A stretch of DNA of 63,795 nt, the filler included, from Licmophora abbreviata (taxonomy: Eukaryota), in NCBI GenBank assembly GCA_900291995.1. It is 20 parts of 20 records of this genome, joined end to end, with 100 filler letters (N's around TTAATTAATTAA, not from the genome) between each part and the next. Parts side by side here need not be neighbours in the genome. Positions count along the whole stretch, not along the records: positions 56,391 to 58,650 come from OLMU01005678.1; positions 58,751 to 59,940 come from OLMU01005679.1; positions 60,041 to 61,093 come from OLMU01005680.1; positions 61,194 to 62,475 come from OLMU01005688.1; positions 62,576 to 63,795 come from OLMU01005690.1; 15 more parts are not named here. The stretch is one strand, 5' to 3'. The notes below the pieces were generated by a model. That model ran no database searches. It worked only from the letters and a program-made list of their open reading frames with translations, and had not been told where the DNA came from. Each line of letters begins with the position of its first letter. Within the stretch, counting starts at the first letter, position 1. Of the stretch, positions 58,168 through 63,795 are shown in pieces. Position numbers and translations under genes: made by a program.

Positions 58168-58462
58168 AAAGTACGAATTACTTGTTCGTTCTATTGGGGT
58201 TGTAGAATGACTACAATGTCGCTCTCTGCGGTCACCCTGCCGATAATTGTCCCATGCCGCGGTGTGGTTCAGACACGATGCATCTACTATCCATTGATTG
58301 ACTTTACTGTCCCTATCTACCACCACATGTTCGCAGCGAGGACAGTAGACACAGTTTCTTGATGTGCTAGAAACGTTTGTGGATTTGGTGGGAGCAGTCG
58401 ACTTCAAGAGTCCTACAGCCATAACTTACTTGAAAAGCAAGTAGCCCATGACTTGCATGTAC

Positions 58463-58650
58463 TGGTTTGTGGACGTATACGCCATCCCAGAATTCGACAG
58501 CTACTACTACCGTCTCTACTCTAGAGAGAGAGAGAGAGACAGATACTCGTAGCTATCAGTAGTACGTAGGAAAGCTAGCTACTGTATGTAATGGTTTGTG
58601 GACGTACAGTAGATGCCATGCCCGTATTCGACCGCTACTTCCGTCTCTAC
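58463..58650. repeat. diverged direct repeat of about 58 bp (period about 129 bp) flanking a (GA)n tract
   Basis: TGGTTTGTGGACGTA...GCCAT...ATTCGAC.GCTACT...CCGTCTCTAC at 58463-58519 and 58592-58650. Confidence 0.7.
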
Positions 58651-58927
58651 NNNNNNNNNNNNNNNNNNNNNNNNNNNNNNNNNNNNNNNNNNNNTTAATT
58701 AATTAANNNNNNNNNNNNNNNNNNNNNNNNNNNNNNNNNNNNNNNNNNNNTAAAGATCGTGTCATAGGATGCGTCCCTTTAACCAGCACATGACACTAAA
58801 ACAAACTCGCTCCACCATTCTACTCATTTCTATTCTTCCAGCACTGTCTACCTTTCTCTACAGGCCTCTCGATTCCGCATCTCCTCCATCAATCTGCCTG
58901 TTGTAGTTACCACCTCCTAAGCACCAG

Positions 58928-59848
58928 CTACACGCAGGCGTTATCAACACAGGTTTCCAACCCTTTGAATATCCGGCATTGGAAGTTTAATGTACAACCG
59001 ACGCATTCGTCGACTACGCAAGCAAGTCCCAAGTCAGCATCACGACAATGTCTGTTGGTTGTGCAGCCAACACGCTCCATTACGCACTCGTTGGCTACGC
59101 AAGCAACGCCCGCGCCATTGTTTATGCACTGGGAGTCTGTTGAACAACCCACGCACTCGTTGGATACGCAAGCGAGACCATTCCCACTGTTCTTGCACTG
59201 AGAGTTTTTTGTGCAACCGACGCATTCGTCGAGTAGGCAAGCAAGTCCCAAGTCAGCATCACGACAATGTCTGTTGGTTGTGCAGCCAACACGCTCCATC
59301 ACGCACTCGTTGGCTACGCAAGCAACGCCCGCGCCATTGTTTATGCACTGGGAGTCCGTTGAGCAACCCACGCACTCGTTGGATACGCAAGCGAGACCAT
59401 TCCCACTGTTCTTGCACTGATAGTTGTTTGTGCAGCCGACGCATTCGTTGGATAAGCAAGCAAATCCCAGGTCAGAATCACGGCAATTCTTGTTGGTTGA
59501 GCAGCCAGTACCCTCTATGACACACTCGTTGGATACGCATGCCACGCCGGCATTGTTGCTAGTGCATTGTGCGTCGGTTGAGCAACCCACACACTCGTTG
59601 GACACGCAAGCAAACCCCTTTCCATACATGGTGCATTGCGAGTTGCTTCTGCAGCCGACGCACATATTTCCAAACGAGCTGCATCCACTGCCCATGTCCA
59701 TGCAGGGCAAACATGCGAGCATATCATTGCTGGTCTGGGAGCGACATTGTCCATTGGAAAGACAGGGCACACACGAACCTGCATCACATGCATAGCCACT
59801 TTCGCTATTGATACAGTCCGCGTTGCGAGTGCACGCTTGCCGTGCAGA
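58928..59848 (-). CDS. Cys-rich tandem-repeat extracellular domain (terminal exon)
   Basis: Acceptor AG at 59849-59850; repeated C-x5-C-x5-G-x-A-C-x3-EC-VG units. Confidence 0.75.
   Translation of the reverse strand, partial: SARQACTRNADCINSESGYACDAGSCVPCLSNGQCRSQTSNDMLACLPCMDMGSGCSSFGNMCVGCRSNSQCTMYGKGFACVSNECVGCSTDAQCTSNNAGVACVSNECVIEGTGCSTNKNCRDSDLGFACLSNECVGCTNNYQCKNSGNGLACVSNECVGCSTDSQCINNGAGVACVANECVMERVGCTTNRHCRDADLGLACLLDECVGCTKNSQCKNSGNGLACVSNECVGCSTDSQCINNGAGVACVANECVMERVGCTTNRHCRDADLGLACVVDECVGCTLNFQCRIFKGLETCVDNACV
58994..59650. repeat. about 3 tandem copies of a 219-bp coding unit
   Basis: Near-identical copies start at 58994 and 59213; a more diverged copy starts at 59432. Confidence 0.8.
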
Positions 59849-60040
59849 CTGTTTTCAAGGGAAGGCAAAGAATTGCGAGTGTGAGTATGCATTGTGTTGC
59901 TTCGCGGTGACTATGCCGCTTGAAAAGGCAGGAGCTTCTCNNNNNNNNNNNNNNNNNNNNNNNNNNNNNNNNNNNNNNNNNNNNTTAATTAATTAANNNN
60001 NNNNNNNNNNNNNNNNNNNNNNNNNNNNNNNNNNNNNNNN

Positions 60041-60942
60041 TATACGTATACGGACCCTGAGTTCATGCCACTGTGATCGTTCCCGTTTGCACCGACGACG
60101 ATTGTATCTCCAGAGGTTGACACGGAAACCCCAAAGAAATCATCTGTATCGCCGTCAGAGGGAAGGAGCTTCTGTGTCTGAGACCACACGTCGTTCGACC
60201 TCTCGAATACGTAGGCGGAGCCAGCGCCATTGTCTAGCCAAGCGCCGACGACAATTGTATCGTCAGAGATCGACACCGAGACTCCAAAGAAATCTTCTGC
60301 ATCCGCGTCGGAGGCAAGAAGCTTCTGTGTCATAGCCCACACCTCATTTGACTTGTCGAAGACATAGGCGGCCCCTGAGTCGATGCCGCCGCCGTCGTTT
60401 GCAAGTGCACCGACGACAATCGTACTGCCAGAGATCGATACAGCAGACCCGAAGTTGTCAAAAGCAGCGCCGTCAGGCGAAAGAAGCTTCTGCGTCTGAG
60501 CCCACCTTCCACTTGATTTCTCAAAGACGTATGCTGAGCCTGACGCACGGCCAGAAGTGTCGTCTCCGTTCGCCCCAACGACAATGGCAGTGCCAGAGAT
60601 CGACACGGAAACTCCGAACTGAGCATCTTCGGCGCCATCGGAGGGGAGAAGCCGCTGGGTCTGAGTCCAGATCCCATCGGACTTCTCGTAGACATAGGCT
60701 GCTCCCGCGTTTTTATCGCCATTGACGCTGTTGAGATAGGCGCCGACGACCGCAATATCGCCAGAAATCGACACTGTAAACCCGAACTTGTCGCCGTCAG
60801 CGCCATCGGAAGCGGCAAGCTCCGACGGGACAATAGCTCCGACAATCAAACTTCCAAGGAGCAGCAGCGGAAAGAGGAGTTGTACAAGCGACGTTATCAC
60901 TCCCGTTTTTGAATGCACTGTACTAGCGACGAAGAAGTGCAT
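60041..60942 (-). CDS. secreted FG-GAP repeat (integrin-alpha-like beta-propeller) protein, 3'-partial
   Basis: Hydrophobic signal, then at least 6 repeats of D.FG.SVSISG.TIVVGA...GSAYVF...W.QTQKL. Confidence 0.88.
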
Positions 60943-61839
60943 GGCTGCTACCGAGGAAGTCTGCCGATATGGTGCAGGGAAAGATCGACACTTCTGTAAA
61001 CTACGATGAGAAGTATCGACACCAGGCACCTGATAGTAACGAGCACCGATATATGTGGGGTTTTGTGAGGGCTTCTCTCTTTTTGTAAGTGTANNNNNNN
61101 NNNNNNNNNNNNNNNNNNNNNNNNNNNNNNNNNNNNNTTAATTAATTAANNNNNNNNNNNNNNNNNNNNNNNNNNNNNNNNNNNNNNNNNNNNAGGTACT
61201 CCGAGCAACTAGGAGTTGTATGATAGTAGTCCGTCCTACACACACACACACACACAAAACGGGTGCACTGCAAAACAGCGTCAGAGAGGTTGTGCCGAGT
61301 GGAGCTATCGCCAGCTAAAGTAGTAATGTATGCGGAAGGAGCTGCTGCGAAAGTTCAATTTCATCCTCATTATGGAGTGAGCCTTTCGGCTTCATCGCGT
61401 TTGCCTCGATGAAGACTGCATCTGCAAGAAAAGTCATAGATACACGAGGTCTTTCGGATCTGAGAACGATCGAGCTCGAAGCTTTTCTAAGCCTCGCGAA
61501 AGAGGTCGCGCCGCTCGTCTGCGCGTCGTCTTGAGTCTTGAACTCCTTGGTCTGTGACGTGTGACGTGACCGATGATTGATGCCGGCTGAGGTCTATGAC
61601 CTTCTGTTATTCCGCCATGACCGTGTTCGCGAGCAAGAGGAAGCTCACAACATACCGGAGTGGACAGTAATCTGGTAATACTGGCTCCCTCTGTTCACTC
61701 TTTGGCCGTTCCCGTCGTCTTCGAGGATCCTGACAGTCAGTTCTTTGCTGAGAGATAGGCCTACCGGTACCCGGTACTTGGTACATACCTGCTGGCTGCT
61801 GAAGTGCTACAGGCTACAGGAACGTCATCATTCATTATC

Positions 61840-62475
61840 ATGTCCACTTTTTCTGGGTCTCCACTATCTTTTCTTCTGATTGCACTTTTTGCCTCTTGCT
61901 TGCTTCGGTATTTCGCGTATGTGAAACTAATGGGAGAACAAGAGAAGAACGGCTTGCGCGACACGGATTGGAACAGCGCGGTGACTCCATGGGAACAGTG
62001 TATGCATGAACTAGACCCGACGTTTGACTCTGATGAAAACCTACAATTCTTGCAAAATATGGGTCGTCCAGGGAATAGAAACAAAACCATGTCCCTGCAC
62101 GACGCCTTGGTATCGAATGCGACGATCTACTTCTTGCATCAACGAAAAGCAGGGGGTACAACCTTACGATCCCTGTTGTTTGAAGCATATAAGAACATTG
62201 TTGGTGCACAGGAAGCAGCGGCACGTTCCTTCGTTCCATGCTTCAGTCCCAGCGATTGCGTACTTTTTGAACTCCCCCTCTACGAAGCCAACTATTTGGG
62301 AAGCATCAAGCTCGTGGGCGCTCACATGAGTTATCACGTGCCGTTTGCGCGGGCTCCGTACGAGTCGCAGGTTCTGATTACCAACTTTCGCGAGCCAATC
62401 TCTCGCATCAAGAGTTGTATGCTGTATAGATATCCAGAGAAGGCTCATTCTGTGTTTAGATCTCCGAATTTTACC
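61840..62475 (+). CDS. type II membrane carbohydrate sulfotransferase-like protein, 3'-partial
   Basis: TM anchor, YFLHQRKAGGTTL (5'-PSB) and FREPISRIKS (3'-PB). Confidence 0.75.
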
Positions 62476-62575
62476 NNNNNNNNNNNNNNNNNNNNNNNNN
62501 NNNNNNNNNNNNNNNNNNNTTAATTAATTAANNNNNNNNNNNNNNNNNNNNNNNNNNNNNNNNNNNNNNNNNNNN

Positions 62576-63795
62576 GGAGTGGGCTTGGCAGGCACAGGTG
62601 TAGGCTTGGCAGGAGCGGTGGCACTAGGAGCCGGACTTGCGCTGGGAGCCGGACTTGCGCTCGGGGCTGGACTGGCACTTGGGGCTGGCGTGGCCGGCAC
62701 AGGGTTCGGTGTTGGCTTGGCAACGCTAGGCGCTGGACTGGCGCTGGGAGCAGGACTGGCACTGGGAGCCGGACTCGCGCTCGGAGCTGGCGTGACCGGT
62801 CCAGGATTCGACGTGGGCTCAAGACCAACTGTCGTAGGTTTGTCAACGATTGGTGTAGGCTTGGTGACGCTAGGTGCAGGACTGGCACTGGGAGCGGGAC
62901 TCGCGCTCGGGGCAGGGCTTGCACTTGGGGCAGGAGTGGAAGGTTCTCCTCCATCGCAGTCTCCAGGACAGAAACAGATGTATCGAACTCCACAAGAGTT
63001 GCCCACAACGAGACCGACACTGTTCACGTTGTCCATACCGTCAAATGTCTCGTCTTGAATGGAGTTGTCACCGAGACCTCGGATACCCTCGACCTCGACA
63101 CCATCTTCCTTCGTAATGATGAAGAAGTCGTTGCTTCCCTTCTCGATGTCGAGTAGCCCAATGCTCAACAGCTTCTCAGCCGGACAAGAAAACATGAAGG
63201 TCAAGCTACCACCATAAGCATTGTCGTCGGGCTCATCTTTGTCGGACTCCTGAATGATGAGGACATTTCCTTCGCCGTTCGGGTTACAGTTCTCGCCTTC
63301 CATGCCCTGGGCGCCTCCATATCCAACTCCTGGTCCTGGAACCGGACACATCTTGTTTGGACTGCCAAGGTCGGCGTCCTCAGTGCCATAGAGAGTGGTA
63401 TCGAAGATGCGGGCCTTTCCGCCGGGCGTAAACCCGCCATCCGACGAGCTTGCCATGACAGACATCTTGTACTTGCTAGACCACTCTTCCATACCGACGT
63501 AGTCACCATGCTTGAGAGGTTTGTCAGAATCCGTCATGGAGAAGTCGATGCAGACCTGCTGCCCTGTAGAGCACGAGCCTGGAGGGGACGTAGCCAGGAA
63601 GGGAGCCGGTGTGGCTGCGACGGGCGCAGGCGTAGCAGGGACGGGAGCCGGTGTGGCTTTGACTGGCGCTGGTGTCGCGGGAATCGGAGCTGGCGTGGCG
63701 GGAACCGGACTAGGCGTAGGTGACACTGGAGGCGAAGTCGGGTCGAGAGGAGTAGCCTCGCTTGGAGCCGGACTGGCACTGGGCGCAGGACTAGC
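62576..63795 (-). CDS. Pro/Ala/Ser/Thr-rich extracellular protein with an internal globular domain, partial at both ends
   Basis: (PVPATPA)n and (PSASPA)n repeats flank a Cys/Gly/Asp-rich domain DLGSPN...GNVLIIQE...PDDN..GG. Confidence 0.75.

Noticed and set aside
58928..59848. Frustulin or metallothionein
   Set aside because: Lacks the frustulin CEGDCD motif. The regular disulfide-type spacing and probable secreted context argue against metallothionein.
61238..61256. (CA)n tract, and (ACTCA)n at about 25716-25750
   Set aside because: Ordinary microsatellites.
2995..62575. 19 copies of TTAATTAATTAA as a repeat family or CRISPR-like array
   Set aside because: Always centred in exactly 44+44 Ns and encodes stops in all six frames, so it is an artificial linker.

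Overview
The window is not one continuous locus. It is 20 contigs joined by 19 identical artificial 100-bp spacers (N44-TTAATTAATTAA-N44). Bases 1-15363 are a high-GC alphaproteobacterial scaffold, most likely Rhodobacteraceae/Roseobacter group. It carries reductive pyrimidine catabolism (pydC-like hydrolase, two RutR-family regulators with visible operator boxes, preA/preT), a FadR regulator, two Lin0512-family genes, an SBP56/methanethiol-oxidase-like gene with a His-motif membrane partner, cidA/lrgB, and the B12 genes cobO and cobN. Bases 15464-63795 are eukaryotic, with diatom signatures: short GT-AG introns, ASAFAP-type plastid presequences and a PyShell-like pyrenoid protein. This part holds three retroelement classes (Copia fragment, CRE-clade non-LTR element, DIRS/Ngaro-like element) and about 20 host genes. 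The most notable observations are: (1) the DIRS/Ngaro-like gag and pol are in one frame, separated only by a UAG followed immediately by a predicted RNA structure, suggesting programmed readthrough; (2) a plastid-targeted AAA+/polyferredoxin/EF-hand chimera; (3) an NB-ARC-TPR NLR-like gene; (4) two perfect CtrA boxes at near-identical spacing before two uncharacterised bacterial genes; (5) the SBP56 + putative metal permease + Lin0512 x2 + FadR module. All family assignments come from motif recognition by eye; no database searches were run. Several single-base frameshifts are probably assembly errors.
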